A stretch of DNA of 64,000 nucleotides from an uncultured Ardenticatenia bacterium (GTDB lineage: Bacteria; Chloroflexota; Anaerolineae; 4572-78; NAK82). A program made the translations under genes and the position numbers. The stretch lies in contig CAKZLO010000063.1 of NCBI GenBank assembly GCA_937127125.1, forward strand, positions 8,185-72,184, given 5' to 3'. How positions within the stretch are numbered: position 1 is the stretch's first letter; the number at the start of each line of letters is the position of its first letter. Of the stretch, positions 39,881 through 50,105 are shown piece after piece. Under the pieces are notes generated by a model that was not told where the DNA came from, made no database searches, and saw only the letters and a program-made list of their open reading frames with translations.

Positions 39881-40067
39881 CTTCCCATTTTATACCATTT
39901 ACATTGTACGCTTCCTTTGGCAGCGAGTTACGTTTATAATAAAAAAGGGTAGGTGAAAAAACAAGGCTTAAGTTTTCGGCGCCACACCCGTTGCCAAGCA
40001 CCAATTAGGGGTGTCGTGGAAAATTGTGTCTTACTGTCTGTAAGGAACAAAATACAGGGCAACAGTT

Positions 40068-41288
40068 ATGGAATGGCTGCTCCACATATGGCGACAGGCT
40101 AGCAGGTGGGCACTCGTAGCTCTCGGCTTGGCAAGCGTCATTTGCTGCATCTGGCTTGTCCGCGAAAGTGTCATGCATCGTACTGTGGGATCGCGTCTTG
40201 CCGAAACAGCTGTTTCCTTCGACAGAGCAGATGTGCAGGTCGTATTGTTGAGCGCTGGAGCTTGTGTTTTGGCAGGTCTAGTGGGCTGGATGTTAGCGCG
40301 AAGGACGGAGCCTCGCCAATTCGTCTCTCAAACCATTGCACGCAACCCAGGGGTCGAGTCCAGCACCACAGAGGACTTACAGGAGCTCTTGCCGGCTGCT
40401 GATTTGTGTGATCTCCCCCATGTCACGGCGTATGCCGAGCGAATGCGCGCTCGATTGGAATCCAGCCAAGGGGATCGCCGCTTATGGGAAGAGGTAATCG
40501 AAGACATTGTCGAGGAGCGCACCAGTGAGCTCGTGGCATTATACGAGCAATTGCGCCGTAAGGATGAGCTGTCCAAGCGTCTGTTGGGCAAGGTGTTGAC
40601 GGCGCAAGAGCAGGAGCGTGCTCGCCTGGCGCGTGAATTGCACGATGAAATTGGCCAAGCTCTGACTGCGATCATTATGACCACTACTGTTGTGGAAAAC
40701 AGTCTGCCGCCTGAATTTGCCAGTGGTCGGGAGAAACTGGCCAGTGTTCGCAACATAGCCAACCAGGCACTGAATGACTTAAGAGGGCTGATCTTTGACT
40801 TGCGTCCGGAGGTTCTAGACGATCTCGGACTTGCGCTTGCCCTGCGCGCCCAGACAAAGAAACACCTGGAACCGCTCGGAATCCAGGTGGATTTACGCGC
40901 GAGTGGACTCCGCGATAACCTACCCCACGAGGTTGAAACCACTGTGTTTCGGGTTGTGCAGGAAGCTATTACCAACATCGCACGACACTCACGGGCCACA
41001 CAAGCTAGCATCTCGTTGACCAAACAGGAGAATCGTCTCTTGATTCGAGTGCGCGATAATGGGCAGGGGTTTGACCTTGATCAGGTAATGAACGGTCCAC
41101 GCCAAGCTTGGGGGTTGCTGGGCATGGAGGAGCGTGTCACCTTGTTGGGCGGTAAGTTCTACATTAGCACACGTCCAGGAGCTGGTACTTTGCTGCTGGC
41201 CGAGATTCCGTTGGGCGGAGACTGGAACTTGACGCCTGCGAAGGGTGGAGGTCGGGTATATGAGCAAAATCCGTGTGTTGATCGCTGA
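40068..41288 (+). CDS. HisKA_3 sensor histidine kinase with a very short sensor region
   Basis: Two TM helices; ARELHDEIGQ, QEAITNIARH and DNGQGF motifs. Confidence 0.88.
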   Translation: MEWLLHIWRQASRWALVALGLASVICCIWLVRESVMHRTVGSRLAETAVSFDRADVQVVLLSAGACVLAGLVGWMLARRTEPRQFVSQTIARNPGVESSTTEDLQELLPAADLCDLPHVTAYAERMRARLESSQGDRRLWEEVIEDIVEERTSELVALYEQLRRKDELSKRLLGKVLTAQEQERARLARELHDEIGQALTAIIMTTTVVENSLPPEFASGREKLASVRNIANQALNDLRGLIFDLRPEVLDDLGLALALRAQTKKHLEPLGIQVDLRASGLRDNLPHEVETTVFRVVQEAITNIARHSRATQASISLTKQENRLLIRVRDNGQGFDLDQVMNGPRQAWGLLGMEERVTLLGGKFYISTRPGAGTLLLAEIPLGGDWNLTPAKGGGRVYEQNPCVDR

Positions 41289-41916
41289 CGACCATTCTCT
41301 GGTGCGTGCTGGCATTCGCTTGTTGCTGGAGGGTCACCCCGATATTGAGGTCGTGGGTGAGGCAGGCAGTGGTTGCGACGTAGTCGAGCAGGCCTCTCGG
41401 CTGCAACCAGACGTGGTGTTGATGGATATCGCTATGGGCGACGTCAGCGGTATGGAAGCCACCCGGCTGATCAAAGAACGGGCACCGCAAGTGCGTGTCC
41501 TGGCGCTGACTATGCATGACCGTGAAGAATACTTTTTCGCGATGTTGCAAGCCGGTGCGCAAGGTTATGTGCTGAAGGAGAGCGACCCGGAAGAGCTGTT
41601 GTGCGCTATTCGTGCTGTCTATCGGGGTGAAGCTTACCTGTCCCCGGCAGTGACCAAGGCAGTGTTGAGCGACTATTTGGCCAATTCTGCAACCCAAAAT
41701 CGCTCGCAGTACGACGAGCTCAGTGTCAGAGAGAAAGAGATTCTGCGCCTGGTGGCCGAGGGATACACAACGCGCGAGATAAGCGATCTCCTCTGCCTGA
41801 GCGAAAAAACGGTCGAGAAGTATCGTGCCGCTATTATGCACAAGCTGGGTCTGCAAAGCTTGTCTCAGCTGATCAAATATGCGATCCGCAAAGGGTTAAT
41901 CGAGGTAGATAGCTAA
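41260..41916 (+). CDS. NarL/NreC-family response regulator
   Basis: ADDH, VLMD and a LuxR HTH; GGAGG RBS. Confidence 0.93.
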   Translation: MSKIRVLIADDHSLVRAGIRLLLEGHPDIEVVGEAGSGCDVVEQASRLQPDVVLMDIAMGDVSGMEATRLIKERAPQVRVLALTMHDREEYFFAMLQAGAQGYVLKESDPEELLCAIRAVYRGEAYLSPAVTKAVLSDYLANSATQNRSQYDELSVREKEILRLVAEGYTTREISDLLCLSEKTVEKYRAAIMHKLGLQSLSQLIKYAIRKGLIEVDS

Positions 41917-41955
41917 GCTCTCCCGTAACATCCTAATTCGTGCGAGTAGGACACT

Positions 41956-42903
41956 ATGCGAGTTGGTATCGTGGGTGCTGGATTTGTGGGTTCTACGGCT
42001 GCGTACGCTCTGGTAATGCGAGGCATTAGCCGTGAGATCATACTTGTAGACAAGAACAAGGCGCGGGCGCGGGCTGAGGCAGATGATATTCTGCATGCAG
42101 TGCCATTCGCCCAGCCAGTGTGGGTAAGTGCGGGCGACTATCAAGACCTGGCCGACAGTCAGGTTGTGATTCTGAGTGCGGGTGTGAATCAGCAACCTGG
42201 GGAGACACGTCTCCATCTCCTGGAGCGGAATGCAGCCGTCTTCCGGGAAGTTGTGCCTCACGTATTGCGATGGGCTCCCAACGCTGTGCTAGTTGTCGCC
42301 ACCAATCCTGTGGACGTGATGACCCATCTCGCCGCGCACTATGCCTCTGAGAACGGGGTGCCATCTCGTCGGGTGCTCGGCTCAGGTACCATGTTAGATA
42401 CAGCGCGTTTTCGCGCTCTCCTTGGGCGTGAATTGGGAGTGGATGCCCAACACGTGCACGGATACGTAGTCGGTGAACATGGGGATTCGGAGGTGTCGAC
42501 TTGGTCACTTGTAAACATCGGGGGTGCATCTCTGGAGACTTTCTGTCGCGAACGGGGCATCTGTTTTGATGAGGAAAGGCGTCGTACGATTGACACAGCT
42601 GTTCGTGAAGCAGCTTACCAGATCATTGCTGGCAAAGGTGCTACTTATTATGGCATTGGAGCAGCTCTGGCACGCTTGATACAAGCTATACTCTACGATC
42701 AGCGGGCCGTGCTCACCGTTTGTACACCACTACAATGGGTGGAGGATGTGCAAGATGTCACCCTCTCGGTGCCCCATTTGGTAGGAGGTGATGGCGTTAT
42801 TGCCCGTCTGCCCTTGGAGCTGGCCCCACAGGAGAAAGAAGCGCTACGTAACAGTGCAATGTTGCTGCGTAGCGTTATAGAACAGCTGGCAAATGTAGTG
42901 TGA
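41956..42903 (+). CDS. ldh: L-lactate dehydrogenase
   Basis: [14 protein letters not shown] (Gln specificity residue), NPVD, LDTARF and GEHGDS motifs. Confidence 0.95.
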   Translation: MRVGIVGAGFVGSTAAYALVMRGISREIILVDKNKARARAEADDILHAVPFAQPVWVSAGDYQDLADSQVVILSAGVNQQPGETRLHLLERNAAVFREVVPHVLRWAPNAVLVVATNPVDVMTHLAAHYASENGVPSRRVLGSGTMLDTARFRALLGRELGVDAQHVHGYVVGEHGDSEVSTWSLVNIGGASLETFCRERGICFDEERRRTIDTAVREAAYQIIAGKGATYYGIGAALARLIQAILYDQRAVLTVCTPLQWVEDVQDVTLSVPHLVGGDGVIARLPLELAPQEKEALRNSAMLLRSVIEQLANVV

Positions 42904-42923
42904 CCTACCGTGTAGGGTGAGAA

Positions 42924-44405
42924 GTGTCGGACGCTCTTGTATTAGTGACAGGTGCGACAGGATATGTGGGAGGCCGGCTGGTACCACGTCTCCTCGAAAA
43001 TGGCCATCGTGTCCGCTGTTTGGTACGCGATCCAAGCCGTTTGCAAGGGCGATCGTGGATAAGCCAGGTGGAGGTCATACAGGGTGATGTGCTGTCATCG
43101 GTTGGTCTGACCAAGGCATTATCCGGGGTCACAACTGCATACTACTTGATCCATAGTATGACCAGCACACCCGACTTTCATGAGCGCGACCTCTATGCTG
43201 CAAACAACTTTGCTGCGGCTGCGTGCCAGGCCGGCGTACAACGAATCATTTACCTGGGAGGTCTGGGCGATCCCAAGGCCAATCTTTCCCTCCATTTACG
43301 CTCACGCCAGGAAACCGGCCGCGCCCTCAGTGCGCATGGCGTACCGGTCACCGAGTTTCGCGCAGCCATTATTGTGGGCGCCGGCAGTGTCTCGTTTGAG
43401 ATGATCCGTTATCTGACGGAGCGCATCCCGGTGATGATCTGTCCACGATGGGTCTATACGCGTGTACAGCCGATCTCTATCGACGAAGTACTGCAATACC
43501 TGGTGGATGCCCTCCATGTCCCGGAAAGCACTGGTCGCATCCTCGAGATCGGTGGGGCGGATGTGTTGACCTATGGTGAGATGATGCTGGGGTATGCCCG
43601 TGTACGCGGATTGCGACGTTACCTGTTGCCAGTGCCAGTGCTATCACCGCGCCTCTCCTCATACTGGGTGCACTGGATGACACCAATCCCAGCTGAGATC
43701 GCGCGTCCCTTGATCGAAGGGCTGCGCAATGAGGTCATCGTACGCGACGATACGGCGCGCAGACTTTTTCCTCATATTAAACCGTTGGATTATCTGACTG
43801 CAGTGCGCAAAGCGCTTGCCAGTTTGAGAGCCGGGGAAGTAGAGACAACGTGGAGTGATGCTTTGGTGAGCAGCTGTGGAGATATTGTCCCCCTCACACT
43901 TCAAACGCGTGAAGGGATGATCATCGAGCAGCGACGCTTGTTGCTGGAAGCCGCGCCAGAGGTGGTTTACAAAGCTTTTGCTTCTTTAGGTGGTGAACGG
44001 GGCTGGCTTTATGCAGACTGGGCCTGGCGATTGCGAGGTACGGTCGACCGTATGGTAGGGGGCGTCGGATTACGACGTGGTCGGCGGCACCTTTATGATC
44101 TGCGTCCAGGTGACGTTCTGGACTTTTGGCGCGTGGAAGCAGCCGAGCCAGGACGCCTGCTTCGTTTGCGTGCCGAAATGAAGCTGCCTGGGGAAGCCTG
44201 GTTACAATTTGAAGCGTTTCCCCAACCAGATGGCAAAACGCTGTTGTTACAGACTGCTTTCTTTGCCCCTAAGGGTTTGCTGGGGCTCCTCTATTGGTAT
44301 GCGTTGTTGCCAGCACATCGCCTCGTCTTTACAGGTCTCTTGCGCAGTGTGGCACGTTTGGCGCAAAGGCAGGCCGTTCCCTGCGCAGTCGAATCCCAAC
44401 CCTAG
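42924..44405 (+). CDS. Atypical SDR with C-terminal DUF2867 (YbjT-like)
   Basis: TGATGYVG, YYLIHSM, DFWRVE and RAEMKLPG motifs. Confidence 0.88.
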   Translation: MSDALVLVTGATGYVGGRLVPRLLENGHRVRCLVRDPSRLQGRSWISQVEVIQGDVLSSVGLTKALSGVTTAYYLIHSMTSTPDFHERDLYAANNFAAAACQAGVQRIIYLGGLGDPKANLSLHLRSRQETGRALSAHGVPVTEFRAAIIVGAGSVSFEMIRYLTERIPVMICPRWVYTRVQPISIDEVLQYLVDALHVPESTGRILEIGGADVLTYGEMMLGYARVRGLRRYLLPVPVLSPRLSSYWVHWMTPIPAEIARPLIEGLRNEVIVRDDTARRLFPHIKPLDYLTAVRKALASLRAGEVETTWSDALVSSCGDIVPLTLQTREGMIIEQRRLLLEAAPEVVYKAFASLGGERGWLYADWAWRLRGTVDRMVGGVGLRRGRRHLYDLRPGDVLDFWRVEAAEPGRLLRLRAEMKLPGEAWLQFEAFPQPDGKTLLLQTAFFAPKGLLGLLYWYALLPAHRLVFTGLLRSVARLAQRQAVPCAVESQP

Positions 44406-44651
44406 CAACCCTCGACCCTACAGGTACCTCTTTCGTTTCGTAACAAACCATATTTGCAGCGCAGGCATATGTCCAGACGCTGGACAGCACTAGCAAATGA
44501 TCCCCGAGCTCACCGCTAATGTGACGCCCATCCGCATCAGAAGCGGCCTTGGGACAGGCACGCCCAGCAACAATCCGTTACAATGTGAACACCTTGCACG
44601 GTTGATTATGTGATTATGAACGTAGATCGTTTCGATATCACGATGGTACGT

Positions 44652-45536
44652 CTATTCCGCGCTCCCCTTCGCCTCAATGCCAGTGGCGGTCTCGGCAGTA
44701 TGGCCCACGAAAGGACGCAGCAGATTAGTAAACTCCATCGGCAGCACAAACTTGGTTGCCGGACCGCTGCCCAACGTCTTGAGCGTCTCCAAGTACTGCA
44801 AGCTCATTGTCTTGCCGTCTATGGTACGCGCCACAGAGTAGATCTTCTCCAGTGCCAGTGAGAAGCCTTCAGCGCGCAGGATGGCCGCTTGGCGATCGCC
44901 CTCGGCACGCAAGATAGTTGCTTGGCGTTCACCTTCGGCTACCTTGATAGCTGCCTCGCGTTGACCATCCGCTTGGGTGACAATGGCACGTCGCTCGCGC
45001 TCTGCGGCCAGCTGCCGGTTCATTGCTGCCTGCACTTCCTTCGGTGGCAAAATCTCCCGAATCTCCACTGTGGTTACTTTCACGCCCCAGCGTTCGGTCA
45101 CCTCGTCCAACTTTACACGTAGCACTTGGTTAATTTGCTCGCGCTTGGCCAGCACATCGTCCAACATAATGTCACCGATCACAGCGCGCAGAGTGGTGGT
45201 GGCGATCCCTTGTGAAGCACCAGCGAAGTTGCTCACTTGAACGACACTGCTCAGAGGGTCTACAACTTTCCAGTAGATCAAGAAATCGATATCAATGGGA
45301 GCATTGTCTTTTGTGATACAGGTCTGTTTGGGCACCTCTAGATAGACTTCGCGCAAGTCTACCCATACTGGGCGGTCAATGAATGGGATGAGCAGAACGA
45401 TACCCGGTCCTTTTGGTCCGATAGCACGTCCCAATCGGAAGACCACCAGCCGCTGATATTCGCGCACAATCTTGATGGCCGAAGTAAGCAGCCAGATTAC
45501 TACGAGGGCAATAGCCAGAATCAGAAATAGGTCCAT
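44652..45536 (-). CDS. SPFH/stomatin-like protein
   Basis: VVFRLGR, ITKDN, TTLRAVIG and AERERRA motifs. Confidence 0.93.
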   Translation of the reverse strand: MDLFLILAIALVVIWLLTSAIKIVREYQRLVVFRLGRAIGPKGPGIVLLIPFIDRPVWVDLREVYLEVPKQTCITKDNAPIDIDFLIYWKVVDPLSSVVQVSNFAGASQGIATTTLRAVIGDIMLDDVLAKREQINQVLRVKLDEVTERWGVKVTTVEIREILPPKEVQAAMNRQLAAERERRAIVTQADGQREAAIKVAEGERQATILRAEGDRQAAILRAEGFSLALEKIYSVARTIDGKTMSLQYLETLKTLGSGPATKFVLPMEFTNLLRPFVGHTAETATGIEAKGSAE

Positions 45537-45551
45537 CTCACTTCGCTCCTT

Positions 45552-46922
45552 TCATGCTGTTCGGGACTCTGTAGTTTGTTGTTTGCGCACCTTAATTCGT
45601 AATCCCTCGTGACCGACTACAACTACCTCTTCACCAGCATGGACGTTCCCTTCCACAGCAACAGCTGTCCACTGTTCGCTGGCTGCTTGCACGACACCCT
45701 GCGGCGTTAGGTCAGACACAGCAATCCCCGTGCTACCCACCGGCAGACTGATTTGCATTGCACTTGGTCGCAGTTGTGCTCGCAATCCAGCAGTTAAAAT
45801 GGTGGTAAAGAACAACACCAGCGCAGCGGTCATCCCAATCAGCAGCCAAGGATTCACCGACAGCTGCGGCATAGAGGGCTCTGGCGGCGTAAATGGACTA
45901 AACAGGAACAATGAACCGATAACGAAAGCGATTACGCCAGCAATGGTGAGCCCAAAGCCAGTTACTTTTAGGTCTAGCAGGAAAAAGATGATCGCCAATA
46001 TAATGAGTGCCACACCGCCATAGTTGACCGGCAGGCTACCGAAAGCGACAAAGGCCAGCACCAAGCAGATGGCGCCGACCACTCCGGGAATGATGGCACC
46101 TGGATTCCAGAATTCAGCGACCAAGCCAATGGTACCCAGCGACAGCAGCACATAGGCAATGTTGGGATCTACAATACCGTGCGTGACCATCTGCAGCCAG
46201 TTCATTTCGCGCTCCACGATCGGTACCCCTGCCGTGTGCAACACCACCTGTGTACCTGCCACTTCCACCGTGCGTCCTTCCAAAGCGCCTAATAACGCCT
46301 TCAGATCCACGGCGATCAAGTCTATAAAACGCTCTTCTAATGCCTGCTTTGCCGTGAAAGACTGGCTCTGACGTACCAGTTTCTCAGCTAGATCGGCATT
46401 GCGGTTGCGTTGTTCGGCGATAGCGGCTAAATAGGCAACAGCATCGTTAGTCACCTTGTCCGCTATGGTCTCCGGCATCTCCCCTTGTCCAATGTCCACA
46501 GGACGCGCGGCCCCAATGTTGGTACCCGGCGCCATAGCCGCGATGTGCGCTGCTCCGGTTATGAAGACACCCGCCGAGGCAGCACGCGCACCCGAAGGCG
46601 CCACATACACAACGACGGGTACCTTGGCATTCATGATCGTTTGCACAATGGCGCGCATGGAGGTATCCAGACCGCCAGGTGTATCCAGCTGGATCACAAC
46701 CAGCCGAGCACCTTCCTCAGTGGCCGCTTGCACCCCTTGTTCCACGTAGCCTGCCACAACAGGGTCGATGACGCCGGTGACTTTAAGCAGCACCACAGCG
46801 TCCGAAGCGCTCTGCTGGGCCAAGCCTGGGACGGCGACGATGAGGAGCACCCCTGTCCAGAGGACTCCTGCTAAGACGCGGCCTATATTTCTACTGAGCC
46901 AACCGAAGAACACCCTTTTCAT
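45552..46922 (-). CDS. nfeD: NfeD-family membrane-bound serine protease
   Basis: LDTPGG, AASAG, PGTNIGAA, TM bundle and C-terminal OB-fold; adjacent to the SPFH gene. Confidence 0.9.
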   Translation of the reverse strand: MKRVFFGWLSRNIGRVLAGVLWTGVLLIVAVPGLAQQSASDAVVLLKVTGVIDPVVAGYVEQGVQAATEEGARLVVIQLDTPGGLDTSMRAIVQTIMNAKVPVVVYVAPSGARAASAGVFITGAAHIAAMAPGTNIGAARPVDIGQGEMPETIADKVTNDAVAYLAAIAEQRNRNADLAEKLVRQSQSFTAKQALEERFIDLIAVDLKALLGALEGRTVEVAGTQVVLHTAGVPIVEREMNWLQMVTHGIVDPNIAYVLLSLGTIGLVAEFWNPGAIIPGVVGAICLVLAFVAFGSLPVNYGGVALIILAIIFFLLDLKVTGFGLTIAGVIAFVIGSLFLFSPFTPPEPSMPQLSVNPWLLIGMTAALVLFFTTILTAGLRAQLRPSAMQISLPVGSTGIAVSDLTPQGVVQAASEQWTAVAVEGNVHAGEEVVVVGHEGLRIKVRKQQTTESRTA

Positions 46923-47057
46923 TGCGTTGGCACCTCGAATTCATTCCGATGTCCCGCCCGCATACATACACACCAGTCTGTCCATACTCCATACCGTAGT
47001 GGATATTATAGCATGATTTGCACGACAGTGCCACCCAGGAGTGAAAAAGACAAAAGT

Positions 47058-47086
47058 TTGACAAAGTGCCAATGTTTCAGTATAGT
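47058..47086 (+). promoter_or_regulatory. Sigma70-type promoter of the ABC/hydantoinase operon
   Basis: TTGACA-17bp-TATAGT; a divergent TGCTATAAT for nfeD lies at 47005-47013. Confidence 0.65.
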
Positions 47087-47262
47087 GACCCATTGTGGAT
47101 TCCGCATTCTATAGTGGCTGTGCATCTCCATTGGTTGTCACAATCAAGCACCAGGATGGCAGCTATCTCGAAGGAAAGGAGGTGGAATCTAGCGAGCTTA
47201 CTTTTCTTTCTTTTGCGCCCCGTTTGACAGTTACCCATTCTACTTGAAGTAGGAGGAGAGCT

Positions 47263-50022
47263 ATGCGCAGGCACCTTTGGATCCTAACCGCTCTGTTAGT
47301 AGTGCTCTCGATGTTTATGGCGCAGTGTGCGCCAGCGGCACCGACGCCCACTGAGGCACCTAAGGCAACGGAGACTCCTACCGAGGTACCGAAGGCTACG
47401 GAGACCCCTACCGAGGCACCCAAGGCCACAGAAGTCCCTACGGAAGCTCCTGCTGCTGAGACGCCTGAAGCTACCGAAGCTGCCAAGCCGGCAGAGGGCA
47501 AGCTGAAGATCGGCTTGGTGACGGACGTGGGCAAGGTGAACGACGGCACGTTCAACCAGTTTGCTTATGAGGGCTTCACGAAAGCGGCCAAGGAATTCGG
47601 CCTCGAAAGCGCCTTCATCGAGACGCAGCAACCGACCGACTATGAGAAAAATGTTAAGCAGTTCATCGACGAAGGCTATGGGATGATCGTGACCGTCGGC
47701 TTTATGATGGGAGAGACCACCAAGAAGATGGCGGAGGCATACCCTAACGTGAAGTTCGCCATCGTGGACTATGCCTATGACCCGGTCATCCCAAATGTGC
47801 AAGGCCTGGTGTTCCGCGAGGATCAATCCGGCTTTCTGGCTGGGGCACTTGCGGGACAGATGACCAAGAGCAAAGTGGTGGGGATCGTAGCTGGTATGGA
47901 GATCCCTGCGGTCAAGAAATTCCGCAACGGCTACGAAAACGGTGTGGCTTATGTATGCCCTGACTGTAAAGTGATTGGCGTCTACATCGATAGCTTTACC
48001 GACCCAGCGCGAGGTAAGGCGGCGGCTGAAAGCCAGATCGCTGAGGGCGCGGACGTGATCTTCGGCGCAGGCGGACCGACCGGATCGGGTGCTATCCTTG
48101 GTGCTGCACAGCAAGGGATCTGGGTGATCGGTGTTGACCAGGATGAGTACCTGACCACCTTCAAGGGTGGTAAAGAGAAGGGTGCAGACAAGTTGCTGAG
48201 CAGCGCGGGCAAGCGTGTAGATGTGGCTGTCTACAACGCAGTCAAGGCGGCAGCAACGGGCACGTTCAAGGGTGGTACAATGGTTTTCGATGCTGCCTCG
48301 AACGGCATAGGATTAACCCCCTTCCACGACGCAGAGAAAGCCATTCCCGCTGAGGTGAAAGCTAAGCTGGACGAGATCTTCAAGATGATGGCCGAGGGTA
48401 AGCTCGATACGGGTGTCGATCCTGCCACGGGTGACAAAGTCGGTCCAGCCAAGGTTGTGGGTGCGGAAGCAGCATCTGCTGAAGCTCTTCCAGCTGCTGC
48501 CGAAGAGGGTGTCTGGCTGCGTGTGAGCTACGCTTGGCCATGTTACATTGATCCAGCAGTTGGGTCCGACTTCGCTAGCTCGACCGCCTTGGCTAACTTA
48601 TACGACACGCTGGTGTTCCCGAATAAAGAGGGTGGCGTTGATCCGTGGGTAGCCGAGAAGTGGGAGACCTCCTCGGATGGCAAGACTTGGACGTTCACCA
48701 TCAAGAAGGGGATCAAGTTCCACGACGGTACCGAGATGAAGGCCAGCGATGTGGCATACAGTATGAACCGTATGCTCAAAATCGGTGAGGGTTACGCCTA
48801 CCTGTTCACCGACGTCGTTGAGAGCGCTACGGCGAAGGATGACTATACGGTCGAGTTCACACTCAAGCAGCCCACGGGTCTTTTCCTGCCCAGCTTGGCA
48901 CGGCTGTACATCTTGAACGAGAAGCTGGTACGTGCCAACACCAAGAAAGAGGGTCCGTATGGTGAAGAAGGTGATTACGGGAAGGATTATCTTCTGACCC
49001 ACGATGCTGGTTCCGGCTCCTACAAGGTCAAGGAATTCCCGCTTCAAGAATACCTGCTGATGGAGAAGAACAAGGATTGGTGGGGCACCTTTGCGCCCAA
49101 TGCGCCGGACTACTACAAGATGATTGGTACTACAGAAGCTTCCACCATCCGTACCATGATGTCTAACAAGGAGCTTGAGATCACCGATCAGTGGCAGACG
49201 CTCGAGTCCTTCAAAGCTTTGGATGAACTGCCCGGCGTGGATGTTGCGGCGTACCCGAATATGACCAGCTTCTACTTCATGATCAACAATCGGCTGGCGC
49301 CCACCGATGATGTGCACTGTCGCCGTGCCATGGCTTACGCTTTTGACTATGATGCCGCTGTGAAGCTGGAGTGGCCGGGGACCAAGCCAATGGTCGGACC
49401 AGTGAACGCTGCGCTGGGAGGCCATAATCCCAATGTCACAGTGTATCGGCGCGACCTGGACAAGGCAAAAGCAGAGCTAGATCAGTGCAAGTATAAAGGT
49501 GAGCTGGACAAGTATCCGGTGCAGTTCGTCTGGATTTCAGAAGTTCCGGACGAGGAAAAATTCGCGCTGCTCTTCCAAGCCAACATGGCAGAGATTGGTA
49601 TCCCTGTAGAGATCGTCTCCTCGCCTTGGCTCTCTGTGGTGGAAAACACGTCTAAGCAGGAAACCAGTCCCCACATCGTCAGCATCTATGTCTCGTCCGA
49701 TCTGCCCGAGGCGGGTCCTATGCTGAAGCAGCGATACCACTCTAGCTCGGCAGCGACGTGGTCGCAAAATGAGTGGCTGCTTGACAAGGAGCTGGACGCT
49801 GCAATCGATGATGCACTGAGCACATTGGATCAGGCGGAGCGTTTCAAGAAGTATCAAGACATCCAGGCCAAGCTCGCGGATCTGGCTCCTTCTATCTTCG
49901 TGTATGACCAGCTGGAGAAGCATGCCTATCAGGACTACGTCGACTGGCCAGCGGCCAAGGGTGAGGTCATCCCAATGATGGGATACGACCTGCTCGCCTT
50001 CAAGATCGGTGTGAAAAAGTGA
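47263..50022 (+). CDS. Lipoprotein fusion: BMP/PnrA-like binding domain + family-5 (Dpp/Opp) binding domain
   Basis: MAQC lipobox; DGTFNQ, GADVIF and IGVDQD (BMP); LYDTLV, WTFTIKKGIKFHDG and RRAMAYAFD (SBP_5); single open frame. Confidence 0.9.
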   Translation: MRRHLWILTALLVVLSMFMAQCAPAAPTPTEAPKATETPTEVPKATETPTEAPKATEVPTEAPAAETPEATEAAKPAEGKLKIGLVTDVGKVNDGTFNQFAYEGFTKAAKEFGLESAFIETQQPTDYEKNVKQFIDEGYGMIVTVGFMMGETTKKMAEAYPNVKFAIVDYAYDPVIPNVQGLVFREDQSGFLAGALAGQMTKSKVVGIVAGMEIPAVKKFRNGYENGVAYVCPDCKVIGVYIDSFTDPARGKAAAESQIAEGADVIFGAGGPTGSGAILGAAQQGIWVIGVDQDEYLTTFKGGKEKGADKLLSSAGKRVDVAVYNAVKAAATGTFKGGTMVFDAASNGIGLTPFHDAEKAIPAEVKAKLDEIFKMMAEGKLDTGVDPATGDKVGPAKVVGAEAASAEALPAAAEEGVWLRVSYAWPCYIDPAVGSDFASSTALANLYDTLVFPNKEGGVDPWVAEKWETSSDGKTWTFTIKKGIKFHDGTEMKASDVAYSMNRMLKIGEGYAYLFTDVVESATAKDDYTVEFTLKQPTGLFLPSLARLYILNEKLVRANTKKEGPYGEEGDYGKDYLLTHDAGSGSYKVKEFPLQEYLLMEKNKDWWGTFAPNAPDYYKMIGTTEASTIRTMMSNKELEITDQWQTLESFKALDELPGVDVAAYPNMTSFYFMINNRLAPTDDVHCRRAMAYAFDYDAAVKLEWPGTKPMVGPVNAALGGHNPNVTVYRRDLDKAKAELDQCKYKGELDKYPVQFVWISEVPDEEKFALLFQANMAEIGIPVEIVSSPWLSVVENTSKQETSPHIVSIYVSSDLPEAGPMLKQRYHSSSAATWSQNEWLLDKELDAAIDDALSTLDQAERFKKYQDIQAKLADLAPSIFVYDQLEKHAYQDYVDWPAAKGEVIPMMGYDLLAFKIGVKK
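47347..47451 (+). repeat. About 3.5 tandem 30-bp repeats encoding PTE(A/V)PKATE(T/V)
   Basis: cccactgaggcacctaaggcaacggagact / cctaccgaggtaccgaaggctacggagacc / cctaccgaggcacccaaggccacagaagtc. Confidence 0.85.
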
Positions 50023-50045
50023 TGTGAGCTTTTGATGTTCGACTT

Positions 50046-50081
50046 GGTCCCCGAGAGGCCTTAGAATCGCTCTCGGGGACC
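50046..50081 (+). promoter_or_regulatory. Intercistronic hairpin after the binding-protein gene (probable mRNA stabiliser)
   Basis: 12-bp stem GGTCCCCGAGAG/CTCTCGGGGACC with no U tract. Confidence 0.6.
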
Positions 50082-50105
50082 GATCTCGATTGTCAGAGAA
50101 TTGCA

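Noticed and set aside
44453-44571. 6S-like RNA between the convergent SDR and SPFH genes
   Set aside because: Only imperfect stems, strand ambiguous, no clear promoter; insufficient support
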